Positions 46,778-56,463 of a DNA stretch of 64,000 nucleotides are shown piece after piece. Origin of the DNA: a virus. Its lineage: Duplodnaviria > Heunggongvirae > Uroviricota > Caudoviricetes. The stretch lies in IMG/VR virus record IMGVR_UViG_3300028833_000055, positions 238,446-302,445 of that record; one strand, 5' to 3'. The position numbers were made by a program, and so were the translations under genes. The first letter of the stretch is position 1. Each line of letters begins with the position of its first letter. Below the pieces are notes generated by a model. That model searched no databases, was not told the DNA's origin, and saw nothing but the letters and a program-made list of their open reading frames with translations.

Positions 46778-47929
46778 TTAGTTTACTTTTATTATTTTAT
46801 AGTTTTTTGTCGTGTCAAACAAATTGTTCAATGTTGTTTGTTCCACCCATTGTCCGTTCACCTTTCTGAATGCCTTTGATACGGCTGCCCATTGTCCGTT
46901 CACCTTTACATAAAGTGTTTCACTGACCCTTGTGGATGCATATAGCGTCACATTATCGGTAACACTGAATGTATATGGATTATCGGTTGAAACAAGTGTT
47001 GTTCTCTGTGGATTCGAATACCATCCTTCAAACATTCTGTTTTGTCCCGTGACTGTAGCGGTAACTGTAACACTCGTACCATATGTTGCTTGTGCGGCGG
47101 TTGTCGATACTGTACAATACGAGTCTGCAACAACATTGACATCATACAGGAAATCACCCTTTGCATATAAAGTTGTATCTTGTGTAATCGTTGTCTGGTA
47201 TGTTGCATTTGAAGAAACCTTGTTTGTACAAGCCGAATCCGAATACCATCCGTCGAATGCCACTCCACCGATAAGTGTAGCCGTAAATGTAACAATATCA
47301 CCATCCACCGCTTCACTTTTACTTACACTTACGGATGAAATACCGGTACCGACCACAACCGATGCTGAACAATCAAATACATCATCATAAGTTATTGTAA
47401 GGTTTGCTTGTGTTATACGGAGTTGTACGTTTGCAGTCTTGGAATCGGAAGACATTGTATACAAACCGGATGTTTGAAGTCCAAATACAATGTTTGCATC
47501 GAATATTGAATTATAAATTGTATTCAGACCGGAAACGTTGGAGAAACTTCCCGAATAATTTGTATAGGAAGTCGTCATACTCGCTTGATTTCCGTTTGCG
47601 GATGCACCACCATTGATACTTACTGTCGGAATAACATTCGCCGTTACACTGGATACACTAGAAAGTCCCTCATCACTTGTATTGTACATTCCTCTGAATA
47701 AGTAACTTATACTCCTCAGATATATTTTTTTCGAAACACTGTTATCACCACATTTGAAAGATGATGTTTTTGTAGATGTTGTTTTATCAAATTTGTGGTA
47801 TATGTATGTCGTGTTGTCATCCGATGTGACATCATAGACCAATGTATATCCATTTGAAGTATTTGATGGATATACATCGTGATTTAACGAAGCGTCACTT
47901 ATCGGGTATATCTTTAAAGTCTTAGCCAT
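46778..47929 (-). CDS. Virion protein with InlB-B/Flg_new-like repeats
   Basis: Two VT.TAT....F(D/E)GWY...VS....Y.(T/F)..T...TLYA repeats; C-terminal YVKVNGQW...KVNGQW. Confidence 0.7.
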   Translation of the reverse strand: MAKTLKIYPISDASLNHDVYPSNTSNGYTLVYDVTSDDNTTYIYHKFDKTTSTKTSSFKCGDNSVSKKIYLRSISYLFRGMYNTSDEGLSSVSSVTANVIPTVSINGGASANGNQASMTTSYTNYSGSFSNVSGLNTIYNSIFDANIVFGLQTSGLYTMSSDSKTANVQLRITQANLTITYDDVFDCSASVVVGTGISSVSVSKSEAVDGDIVTFTATLIGGVAFDGWYSDSACTNKVSSNATYQTTITQDTTLYAKGDFLYDVNVVADSYCTVSTTAAQATYGTSVTVTATVTGQNRMFEGWYSNPQRTTLVSTDNPYTFSVTDNVTLYASTRVSETLYVKVNGQWAAVSKAFRKVNGQWVEQTTLNNLFDTTKNYKIIKVN

Positions 47930-48633
47930 AATTTAACTTCTTCTTTAAGAGTATTTTTAATATTTTCCATATATGGTAAATATCCGGGTTGCTTTGCCTT
48001 TGTTATTCCAAGATTATTTATCGTTTCGCTCATATCTACTAACGACAGGTTCATTGCAAAAACAATAATGCTGTCATTGGAGAAGGTTACAGTTCCACAA
48101 ACCTTCCGGTTGCCATACATCATATCGTTTCCATCCGCATAAACATCCGGATAGTATTTCTTCACGGTTTCGAAAGATTTTTTAAAGAAATAATCATTAT
48201 AGTTGTTCTCATATGGAACACAGATGCAAAATCTGAAATCATCGTTGTGCGTTATTATCACACCACCACCGGATGTATCGTATCCTGGTTTAAAGCAGTC
48301 AAGTCCATTTTCCTCATATCTGTTTTCATCTTCTTGTGACAAACTGATAGGTACAAGGGCAAACGGTTTGTTATATTCTACAAAGTAACAGAACGGTGTT
48401 GCATTTTGATAATTCGTATAGGCGAGAGGCTGAAGAATTGTTGCAGAGTCTGTAACCGATACTATATTGCAGTTTGCAACTTTGTACCAGAACTTGTCGA
48501 TTCCAAATTCTTCCAAATCGCTGTAACCACATGAATCAAGATAGTCGTGTATGTTTACCTTGTTATTGCCGTTATTTATTTTTTCATTCAGGTATTCCCG
48601 CTCTTTCTGGATTGCCAATGCAATATTCTTCAT
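47914..48633 (-). CDS. Lipoate/biotin-protein-ligase-family (LplA-like) catalytic domain
   Basis: TSGGGVIITH and DGNDMMYGNRKVCGT motifs; embedded in the late fibre operon. Confidence 0.7.
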   Translation of the reverse strand: MKNIALAIQKEREYLNEKINNGNNKVNIHDYLDSCGYSDLEEFGIDKFWYKVANCNIVSVTDSATILQPLAYTNYQNATPFCYFVEYNKPFALVPISLSQEDENRYEENGLDCFKPGYDTSGGGVIITHNDDFRFCICVPYENNYNDYFFKKSFETVKKYYPDVYADGNDMMYGNRKVCGTVTFSNDSIIVFAMNLSLVDMSETINNLGITKAKQPGYLPYMENIKNTLKEEVKLWLRL

Positions 48634-48636
48634 ACA

Positions 48637-48951
48637 TTAAGATTTTAGATATATGTCACCGTCCACACCGAGACTGTTGCTCGGGTCGGAAGAACCGTAA
48701 TAATAACTGTTTATTACAACCGTACCAAGAACTTCCGAACCGTTTACCCAGGCCGCCTTTCCTTCCACGATGTCATTGGATGTGGCCAATGTGTAACCGG
48801 TAGTTTGTGTTCCTGTTCCCGTGTATGTTCCGACAGTACCGAGAATATTTACGCCGGTCTTTATGTTTTCGGGTTGAATGCTTGAACCGTCACCTTCTAC
48901 GAACATAACGGAAACACCCTTTATTTTATTTGTTCCTAAATATAAACTCAT
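48637..48951 (-). CDS. Small fibre-associated protein
   Basis: PENIKTGVNILG..GT, DIVEGKAAWVNG.EVLGT, YYGSSDPSNSLGVDGDIYLK. Confidence 0.65.
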   Translation of the reverse strand: MSLYLGTNKIKGVSVMFVEGDGSSIQPENIKTGVNILGTVGTYTGTGTQTTGYTLATSNDIVEGKAAWVNGSEVLGTVVINSYYYGSSDPSNSLGVDGDIYLKS

Positions 48952-48952
48952 A

Positions 48953-50104
48953 TTAATTTCCTATTGATTGTATGTCCGAGTCTGTCCAAGTCTTTATTGT
49001 TGTCAAGTTGCTATTGACATAACTCTTTACATCGTAGGCCGTAGCCACTCCATTGCTGGCGGATGTCGATGCGCTTATGTCCTTTATCTTTAAACTTGAT
49101 GACAATGTTGTTGTCGTTATGCCGTTGGATGTTGTGTCGGATGTACTCACACTAATGTAGTTTCCATCTCCACCCGAAATTTGTGTTTCGCCGGTTATGG
49201 TATTTACCGTATTGGGTAATGAGATATTACCACCGGAGTTCGGATTATATGTACTTCCATTCAATGTCAATGACTTTGTGTATCCACTCAAGTCAATGGA
49301 GTTTGCACTAATGTCAATCCACTTATAAGTATTTCCACTTTGAACTGTCATAATTTGGTGATAATCACCATTATTTGTAGTTTTACACAAATATATCTTA
49401 TTCATTGTGGATGCCGAAGCAGTTAAACTACCGGTGTAATATGAGTTTCCTTGGTAATAATGTGAATATCCGCTTGGTGTTGTTGCATTGCTTGTGGGTT
49501 CTATATACTGTATTTGTCCGGATGACAAACTTGTGAGTCTTGAATCGATATCGGATATCGATGACTGTATGTCTGTCGTGGTTGAATTGTATGTAACGGA
49601 TATGTCCTGTGAGGAACCGGTCGTCGCCACCTTGTGCAATGTAATGTCGGATGAACCCGTGTTGTTTATTACACCGTCCACCTCGTTTATCGTTGTCTTT
49701 ATGGTAACTACTCCGTTGCTTGAACTTGCTGTCGTTATTGTTCCGTCAAGTGCAGTTATGGAGTCACTTACCGCCTTTGAAATGGAACCGTTTCCACTTC
49801 CGTTTATAATACTTATTGCATTGGTGTTTGTGTTTATGTCATCCCTTATTCTGCACAACAGACTTGAAGGTGCATTTGCAGAAGTATCATCCTTTAGGTT
49901 TATGCTGTATGTTGTCCCGTTGATTGTGGATATGGTCAATTCCTTTGTCGTAGTGTTCCAAGAAGCATCACTTACATTTGATGAATATCTTACACCACCC
50001 ACAAAAATGGATTTCGTATTTTTATCGAAAACAATAATTCCTTCAGAAGCATCTGTGGATGAATTGTATTCCTTTTTCTTAAATCTTAATTGTGTTGAAC
50101 TCAT
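48953..50104 (-). CDS. Fibre protein, paralogue of 12462/16189
   Basis: LRFK N-terminus, IIVFDK.TKSIFVGG, NGVVTIKT..DITLHKVATTG, NGVATAYDVKSYV; late box at 50128. Confidence 0.72.
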   Translation of the reverse strand: MSSTQLRFKKKEYNSSTDASEGIIVFDKNTKSIFVGGVRYSSNVSDASWNTTTKELTISTINGTTYSINLKDDTSANAPSSLLCRIRDDINTNTNAISIINGSGNGSISKAVSDSITALDGTITTASSSNGVVTIKTTINEVDGVINNTGSSDITLHKVATTGSSQDISVTYNSTTTDIQSSISDIDSRLTSLSSGQIQYIEPTSNATTPSGYSHYYQGNSYYTGSLTASASTMNKIYLCKTTNNGDYHQIMTVQSGNTYKWIDISANSIDLSGYTKSLTLNGSTYNPNSGGNISLPNTVNTITGETQISGGDGNYISVSTSDTTSNGITTTTLSSSLKIKDISASTSASNGVATAYDVKSYVNSNLTTIKTWTDSDIQSIGN

Positions 50105-50147
50105 TTATCCGATTCGTGTCTTTTAGATATTTATGTGGTTGATATAA

Positions 50148-50183
50148 AATGAAAGTGGAAACCGATTAGTTTCCACTTTCATT
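50148..50183. terminator. Long perfect hairpin (terminator)
   Basis: AATGAAAGTGGAAAC-cgatta-GTTTCCACTTTCATT, 15-bp stem. Confidence 0.75.
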
Positions 50184-50440
50184 CAACCGGTGGTGACGAC
50201 AAACCGACTTGTATGTTATATTTCCTGTTTCTATCGCCACAGACTTCCCACAGCGGAATAGTTTACCGTTCACATCGGTTTTAAGTCCGTAGCAAATGAC
50301 ATCCTTTTCGTCTGCAATCCCGCATAGTACAAGTACATCTTCCCGTGTAAGAAACTGAACCTCATCTACAAACAGTACTCCGAAATCAAGTTTGAGAAGT
50401 TCTGACGAAAGGTCGTTATAGTAATATGTCTTTATATAAT
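50166..50440 (-). pseudogene. tdk: Thymidine kinase remnant (no start, internally deleted)
   Basis: Hand translation: ...GVLFVDEVQFLT...DVICYGLKTDVNGKLF-RCGK-...TYKSVCRHH*; lacks P-loop and ATG, with an in-frame TAA immediately upstream. Confidence 0.75.
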
Positions 50441-51232
50441 CTTATGTTCCAGACAGTATTTGACCGCTGCCCCTGCCGCTTCCTCGTATGTGGCGAAGTC
50501 CTCGCCGTAGTCCCCGTCCTTCAGCATCTGTCCGGGTATAGTAATCCTGTACATCCAGGATTCCTGTGACTGTGAGAAGATGGTTATGTGGAAATGATAA
50601 AGTTCCCTCAGCCACTTCATCGCCATCTGCAACGTTGGCATAACAATACAGCATTTCTCATCGTATTCTCTTGTTGTGTCGCCAACTTTGTATGTACAAG
50701 AATTCCAGTGACATCCGGTTGAAAATTCTTTAACAACATACCACGCATCATGTTCAATATTCTGTGGAAAGCCTTTATCTCTCAATAATTTGGCTATCTC
50801 AAATGTTACTCTGTCTTCTGTAATCATATCTATAAGTTCTGCAATCCCGTGCTTCAACTCGTCGGTAAGCGGCATCCACCACTTGACATGCGTCTTGTTG
50901 TAGAACGACCACCCGCTGTCACCTTTTTCGAAACGGTTTACAAGAATTTCGTGTTCATTGCAGTCGAGCATAGTTATGTACCACCCGTTTTCTTCCGGAT
51001 ATTCATTCTCTTTCGGATTCCTCGGGTTTTCAACAGTCTTTGTCCAAGGAATCGATTCGAGCAGGCTTTTCATCTTCGGATAAACCTCATCGTTGTATTT
51101 TTCCTCCGATATTCCTTTGCTCTCACTGCAATGGGCTATACTTCCGGAGAGCCATATTTCACCCTTGCTGTTAAACGAGAACTTTGCTCCGGCCGCTTTC
51201 TGCAATATGTTCAGTATTTCCTTGTTTTCCAT
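50432..51232 (-). CDS. Multi-module phage protein (DUF551-like plus KWLRE domain)
   Basis: PEENGWYI...HVKWWMPL; EDRVTFEIAKLLRDKGF...PTLQMAMKWLRE. Confidence 0.6.
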   Translation of the reverse strand: MENKEILNILQKAAGAKFSFNSKGEIWLSGSIAHCSESKGISEEKYNDEVYPKMKSLLESIPWTKTVENPRNPKENEYPEENGWYITMLDCNEHEILVNRFEKGDSGWSFYNKTHVKWWMPLTDELKHGIAELIDMITEDRVTFEIAKLLRDKGFPQNIEHDAWYVVKEFSTGCHWNSCTYKVGDTTREYDEKCCIVMPTLQMAMKWLRELYHFHITIFSQSQESWMYRITIPGQMLKDGDYGEDFATYEEAAGAAVKYCLEHKII

Positions 51233-51642
51233 TACAATAGATGTTTCAATGAATATTTGATTGCATTATAGACTGCATTTTCGAACGAATGTGCATCACA
51301 CTGTGTACAGGGCGTGTACTTTATCACATCCTCATCGTGATAGATGCTATGCACATTCTCCATCTTGTATACGGTGGCCGTAATCCAGTAGAAGTCGGTC
51401 TGTGAAAGCCTCGGTTCGACACCTATGAAGATGTTGTGTTCTTCCCTCAGCCATTTCATAATCTCTTCAAGTGTCGGTCTTGAATAAAGATACGGGTCTT
51501 TGTTCCAGTCCTTCTTGACGCTTGATGTGACTTCCATAACTTCCATAGGCTGTTCATCGTCATAATCGAAATATGAGTTTACCGGTCTGTTGAACCCACA
51601 TTTTTTCAGGAGTTCCGATACTTCAAATTCAATTTTTTCCAT
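51232..51642 (-). CDS. KWLRE-domain protein
   Basis: FEVSELLKKCGF...RPTLEEIMKWLREEH...FENAVYNAIKY. Confidence 0.6.
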   Translation of the reverse strand: MEKIEFEVSELLKKCGFNRPVNSYFDYDDEQPMEVMEVTSSVKKDWNKDPYLYSRPTLEEIMKWLREEHNIFIGVEPRLSQTDFYWITATVYKMENVHSIYHDEDVIKYTPCTQCDAHSFENAVYNAIKYSLKHLL

Positions 51643-51662
51643 ACTTTTTTTTTACAAAGATA

Positions 51663-51995
51663 CTATTTTTTTCTTAACGAATACGTCTTCTTGTACTTTT
51701 TCTGAAGTTTCACGTACCTTTTCTTCGCCTTTTCATACCTCTCGTACTCGGGGACGAACTTCTCGTCGAGTTCCTTTATGAGCCCCGACTCGTAGAACAG
51801 GGCCTCCATAGGTGTTATCGACTGTATCCGAAAGTATTCTTTCAACGCCTCGTCCCTCTCCTTCATAAGTTTCCTTTCGGGAGAGTCCTCGGGGAACTCC
51901 ATATACCAGTCCCTTCTCTCGCCTTCCTCCTTTATATGGAGGTCCATCATCTCCTTGACCTCCTCTACAGTGTAGTATTTCTTCTTTCTTCCCAT
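51663..51995 (-). CDS. Hypothetical charged protein
   Basis: 110 aa; downstream of the promoter box at 52045. Confidence 0.5.
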   Translation of the reverse strand: MGRKKKYYTVEEVKEMMDLHIKEEGERRDWYMEFPEDSPERKLMKERDEALKEYFRIQSITPMEALFYESGLIKELDEKFVPEYERYEKAKKRYVKLQKKYKKTYSLRKK

Positions 51996-52074
51996 CCTTA
52001 TAAAAAAATTTTCGAAAACCTCTTTTCGAATTTTTCCGGCTTTGCAAAGATACTATTTATATTTCACAGTATTG

Positions 52075-52107
52075 AAAAGGAGGAAAGTTTTTCAACATCC
52101 TCCTTTT
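52075..52107 (-). terminator. Terminator after the helicase gene
   Basis: AAAAGGAGGA...TCCTCCTTTT inverted repeat. Confidence 0.6.
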
Positions 52108-52120
52108 GAAATCTCGAAAA

Positions 52121-53554
52121 TCAGTACATTATCGAAACGGACTCCGAAGCCCTTGTCACCCCCACGTAGCGGAGCATCCTTACCGTGTCGGGGTCGGGGC
52201 ATTTGAGAATGTCGGCGTCATTGACCAGAACGTGTGAGAATGTGCTTCCCTGGCTCTTGTGAATAGTATGGGCGTATCCGTAGTCTATTACTTTGTTCTG
52301 GAGCAGGTGTCCCTCTTCGTCCCGGATGGCGTCGTTGACGAAGAGCAAGGAGTCTATCCCGGAAATCCTCGCCAGAAGCATCCCTTTGTCCTTCTTGTCG
52401 GCCGTCCTCCATCTGTTCCACAGGAGTTTCTTCTGCTGTGAGAGGAGTATGGCGGCGGTCATATTCTCGGGTCTCCCTATCACGTCCACGTAAGGCACTG
52501 TCACTTTTCCTCCGTCCGGTTCGGAAAGCACCAGCGGGGTGACCGTCATCTCTATCTTTTCATCCGAACTTCTCTCGACTTCTATGTATTCCGTCACGTC
52601 AACTTTCTTCTCGTCCTGCACCTCCTCTATTATATACCCTTCGGAGTTCACGAACTTGTAGGGGCTTCCTGTCATTCTCCTTGTGAAGTCGTATCCCCAG
52701 TTGGCGTAGGACATGACCGGCTCCCCCTTCACCGGACCGTCCCCGTATCCGAGAAGCCTCCTGACGGCTCCGTTGACCGCCTCCACGTCCTTATTCGTAT
52801 ACGATAGGAACCGGAAGAAATCCGGGTCGTCCTTCAGTCCTGGAATATATTTTTCGAAAACTTTCCTGACCGCCGGTCCGTTCCTACGGTCTATGAACTC
52901 CACTCCGTCCGAGTTTTCCATCGAGAACCCTTTCCCTTCCCTTATACGGGAGGCCTCGTCTATAATCCCCTTCTCTCCGGTACGCTCGACCCTTTCTAAA
53001 ATTATTTTTCTCCCCAGTTCCGTCCGGAAGACTATTGATATGTCGTCCTCCCCGACCGGAGGGAGCTGTGCCTCGTCTCCCACGAAGACTATCTTGCATC
53101 CGTAGTCCCGTGCCTTGCACATTATGTCGGTGAAGTTCTCCTCCGAAAGCATCGAGGCCTCGTCTATGAAGACTATCGACTTCCTCGCCAGACGGCATTC
53201 CGCCTCGCTCCGTTTCTTATAAGACACGTCGAAGGCCTCACGGTCGAAGTCCTGCTCCACTATTATTCCGAACAGGGAGTTCACCGTACAGGCCTTCTCT
53301 CCGGTCTTCTTCTTCAGAACACCGGCCGCCTTGTGCGTAGTCGCACAGAACTGCATCCTCTTCTCGAAGCGGTACAGGTCACGCACCAGAGAAAGCATAG
53401 TGGTCTTTCCTGTACCGGCCCCTCCGGTGAGCGTAACGCAGTTCTCCCCCTCGTCTTCAATGAACCTCGAAATCTCCTCAAGAGCCCGAATCTGTCCACC
53501 GTTCAGTTCAAGAGGAGTATCAAGTCTCCTTCCGTTTATGTTATATCCGTTCAT
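52121..53554 (-). CDS. dda: Dda/RecD-like SF1B DNA helicase
   Basis: GGAGTGKT, ATTHKAA, FIDEASM, VGDEAQLPPV, YAHTIHKSQGSTF, YVGVTRA. Confidence 0.85.
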   Translation of the reverse strand: MNGYNINGRRLDTPLELNGGQIRALEEISRFIEDEGENCVTLTGGAGTGKTTMLSLVRDLYRFEKRMQFCATTHKAAGVLKKKTGEKACTVNSLFGIIVEQDFDREAFDVSYKKRSEAECRLARKSIVFIDEASMLSEENFTDIMCKARDYGCKIVFVGDEAQLPPVGEDDISIVFRTELGRKIILERVERTGEKGIIDEASRIREGKGFSMENSDGVEFIDRRNGPAVRKVFEKYIPGLKDDPDFFRFLSYTNKDVEAVNGAVRRLLGYGDGPVKGEPVMSYANWGYDFTRRMTGSPYKFVNSEGYIIEEVQDEKKVDVTEYIEVERSSDEKIEMTVTPLVLSEPDGGKVTVPYVDVIGRPENMTAAILLSQQKKLLWNRWRTADKKDKGMLLARISGIDSLLFVNDAIRDEEGHLLQNKVIDYGYAHTIHKSQGSTFSHVLVNDADILKCPDPDTVRMLRYVGVTRASESVSIMY

Positions 53555-53567
53555 CTATAAATATGTT

Positions 53568-54032
53568 ATGTCCAAAACAATAAATTTCTCACGACTGGAA
53601 AGGACTCTGGAAGGTCTCTTTGACGGAATAGCGGAAATGAACGCTTTCTGTTTACAAGACCTTTTCCTTCAAGTGAAGGAATATCCCTGGAAGCCGTATT
53701 TCGGGACGAGCTACGGAAAGTATCTCCGTCCCCTAAATCTTCTTCAAGAAAACATAATAGCCGTATCCTTCAACATAAGGATGATTTCCTCCCACTCCTC
53801 TCTTTTCAATATCTCCTCATACGAGGCGGCCAGAAGGATAGCAATCCACGAGGCCGCACACGGAGTGGTAGACTACATAAGGATGAAATCAAACATCCTG
53901 TCTTCTGTAAAGCCTCTGTCGGTAGAAGAGGAGAATATGGTAGAGGACTTCTCCTCCCGCTATCCCGAGGAAACATTCCTCTACCGTACAATATCGTCCT
54001 TCGTCCGGAACACTATACACGTCGGACTGTGA
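53568..54032 (+). CDS. Putative zincin-like protein (HExxH)
   Basis: Start revised to ATG 53568 after TATAAATA at 53556; IAIHEAAHGVV. Confidence 0.55.
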   Translation: MSKTINFSRLERTLEGLFDGIAEMNAFCLQDLFLQVKEYPWKPYFGTSYGKYLRPLNLLQENIIAVSFNIRMISSHSSLFNISSYEAARRIAIHEAAHGVVDYIRMKSNILSSVKPLSVEEENMVEDFSSRYPEETFLYRTISSFVRNTIHVGL

Positions 54033-54182
54033 GACATCCTGCACTCCCTTCCATTCTTTCTCCATATACGGTGAACTCCACCTGCTCACCTACCTTGTAT
54101 TCGTACTCTATAATGAATTTAGCCATATAGGTAAATATAACAAAAATACGGGGAGGGGACGGGAAATGAAAAGGAAAGAAAA

Positions 54183-54237
54183 GGAAAGCCTTCGGAAAGC
54201 CTTCGGAAAGTTTTCGGAAAGCCTTTTGGAAAATTCT
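54183..54237 (+). repeat. 11-bp tandem repeat GGAAAGCCTTC x5 (degenerate)
   Basis: Units at 54183, 54194, 54205, 54216 and 54228. Confidence 0.85.
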
Positions 54238-54359
54238 GGACATCCACTCCGTTTAAGTCCCTGACGGCGAGTAACAAAATATAATCTACTGATTTCTAAT
54301 GAATTACAAAATTGATTTTTTAACTTCTTGAATTATAAGGGAAGGAGAATCGAGCCTTT

Positions 54360-54860
54360 TAAGTAAAACACCACCCCTACACCCCCAAAAAAGCCGATTT
54401 TTCGGAATTCCCCGAATTCCCAGAATTCCCCTATTTTCAGCATTTTACCCTTTTTTGACCCCTTTTTAGACCCCCCAAAATACCCCTTTTTTGACCCTCT
54501 GAAAATACCCCCTTTTTTAGATACCCCATTTTTTACCCTTTTTTCGGATTTTCGAAAAAATACCCCTTTTTCTGAAAATACCCTTTTTTCGGATTTTCCC
54601 ATTTTTTGCATATTTTCGAAATATCCGTTTTTTCCACATTTCCGATTTTTACCAAATATCCATTTTTTCGGAAATATCCGTTTTTTCGGTTTTTCACCAT
54701 CGAGTGATTTTTTCACCTTTTTCGGAAATATCCACTTTTTCCGAAAATACCCCTTTTTCCCAAAACCCCCAAATTCGAATAATCCACCCTTTTTACTGAT
54801 TTTACCGATTATCCGATATCACCGATTATCCGATTTCTGTGGAAAATACGGTTCTGTGAA
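54360..54860. repeat. Low-complexity C/T- and A-tract region
   Basis: AAAATACCCCTTTTT near-copies at about 54477, 54502, 54557, 54575 and 54744; many TTTTCGGA/TCCGAT words. Confidence 0.75.
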
Positions 54861-54963
54861 GGTATCCGATTTCACCATCCGACCTCTTCGGAACGGTTCA
54901 TCGGGTGACGAGTCGGATTCGTCCGGTCGACTTCCCCCACCGGAGCTCCCCGACAGGAAGACC

Positions 54964-55044
54964 GGGTCGTCAACCTAGGCAAGCGGGTCGTCAAGACCAG
55001 GCTGACCGGTCTCCAACCCAGGCAAGCAGGTCGTCAACCCAGTC
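54964..55044 (+). repeat. Four iteron-like repeats with 21-22 bp period
   Basis: Consensus GGGTCGTCAACCCAGGCAAGC at 54964, 54985, about 55007 and 55028. Confidence 0.75.
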
Positions 55045-55181
55045 GGTCATACCTTCAGTGACGGATGCAAATCATCGGTCGTGTCCTTTCAAGAACTCTT
55101 CGGATTCGAAAATGAAAAATCGGACAACACCTACCGATGTTATCCGATTCGTCAATCCGACTTCTACTCGTCAACCCGACC

Positions 55182-55538
55182 TTACTTGATTACAGTGAAG
55201 TCACCTTTACCGTCGAGGAACGGGCAGTTGAGATGCACGTACTCCTCGTCGTCGAAGTCACATTTCTGCAACAGGTGCCACGGAGACTGGGCAGACACGC
55301 CCCAGCAGTTTGCAAGTCCGTCGGAGTAGAGGAACATATCCGTTATCTCAAGTTCCCCCTTCCCTTTTTCGAACTGGTCCATCAGCCTGTCCCACTCGGT
55401 GTCCCCTTCCACCCCCTGCGTCTTGGACAGACACGATTCAAACCCCACCTCACGGTAGTGGACATAGAAGACCGTCCTCTCAAGACGGTTCGCCTCCTTG
55501 TGACCGGAGACAAGTTCCTTAAAAAATTCCAGAGTCAT
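55182..55538 (-). CDS. Hypothetical early protein
   Basis: 118 aa; TATATTTT promoter variant at about 55562. Confidence 0.55.
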   Translation of the reverse strand: MTLEFFKELVSGHKEANRLERTVFYVHYREVGFESCLSKTQGVEGDTEWDRLMDQFEKGKGELEITDMFLYSDGLANCWGVSAQSPWHLLQKCDFDDEEYVHLNCPFLDGKGDFTVIK

Positions 55539-55723
55539 ATTCTTATAGTTTTTCTTTTTTAAAATATAACAAAAAAAAAAGTCCTCCGAAGAGGACCTGA
55601 AGTTTAACTATAAAGTAGGAAATTGTATGATTACATTTTGATTTCTTTAAAAAACTTTCGAAAGGCCGACCGGCCTTGAACCGGCCGTCCCCTCCTATGG
55701 CAAATAAAATTTTATATTACCTC

Positions 55724-56047
55724 CTATTCGAATCTCGGGGAGACTTTCGTTATTCCGAACACATACTTGTCATCGGTCATCCTTGCGTGGAGTATGTAAC
55801 CGGGCGAGATGAGTCTCTTGACCTTGGCTCCCTTTTCCATATCGGTGTTCAGTATGGTGAAGACTGCATCCGCCAGCACCTTGCTGTCCCAAGGCAAGGT
55901 GACTATGTTTTTCATAAGGCCGGTGGTCACTCCGTTCGCCAGAGTCTCCTTCGGGTAGATGTCCATATACATGGTGTCCATCACCACCTCGTCCGATATT
56001 TCGACTTCCGAGAAGTCAACCTCTATTGTATCCTTGTAAGTTTCCAT
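55724..56047 (-). CDS. Hypothetical early protein
   Basis: Promoter box at 56074; terminator-like hairpin at 55581-55596 downstream. Confidence 0.6.
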   Translation of the reverse strand: METYKDTIEVDFSEVEISDEVVMDTMYMDIYPKETLANGVTTGLMKNIVTLPWDSKVLADAVFTILNTDMEKGAKVKRLISPGYILHARMTDDKYVFGITKVSPRFE

Positions 56048-56180
56048 ATCCTTTCCCTTTCCTTCCTTTTTTACAAAGATACTATTTTTATTCCATAGTC
56101 TTCAGATTTCAGTAAAAAAATTTCGAAAAAAAGAAAGGGGGACTTTCCGTCCCCCCTTTGTTCTGCACTGCACTCTTGTT

Positions 56181-56435
56181 TTAGTCAAGACGACTCTTGT
56201 CAATTCCGAGTGTGTCCGCCAAGTCCTCCTTTGCACTCTCCTCGTCATTGAACCCAGTTGCAAGGTCGTGGAAGGCGTAAGGCTGACTGCAATCCTGATA
56301 GAACCAGCAGAACTCGTCATACTTGTTCTTGAAAACCACCGCAAGGTACTTGCAGTTATCTTCGTCCTTTACTACTCTCTTTACTCTTGTTTCGACCAAA
56401 TCATAGTCTCTTCTCAAATCTAATACTGTATCCAT
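56181..56435 (-). CDS. Hypothetical early protein
   Basis: Own promoter cassette at 56464-56515 and terminator at 56134-56158. Confidence 0.6.
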   Translation of the reverse strand: MDTVLDLRRDYDLVETRVKRVVKDEDNCKYLAVVFKNKYDEFCWFYQDCSQPYAFHDLATGFNDEESAKEDLADTLGIDKSRLD

Positions 56436-56463
56436 CTTATTACTTTTTTAAGTTAAACATCTC

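Noticed and set aside
54333-54716. Lys/Gly-rich 127-aa ORF
   Set aside because: It is the translation of the low-complexity C/T-tract repeat, with no promoter or protein-like composition.
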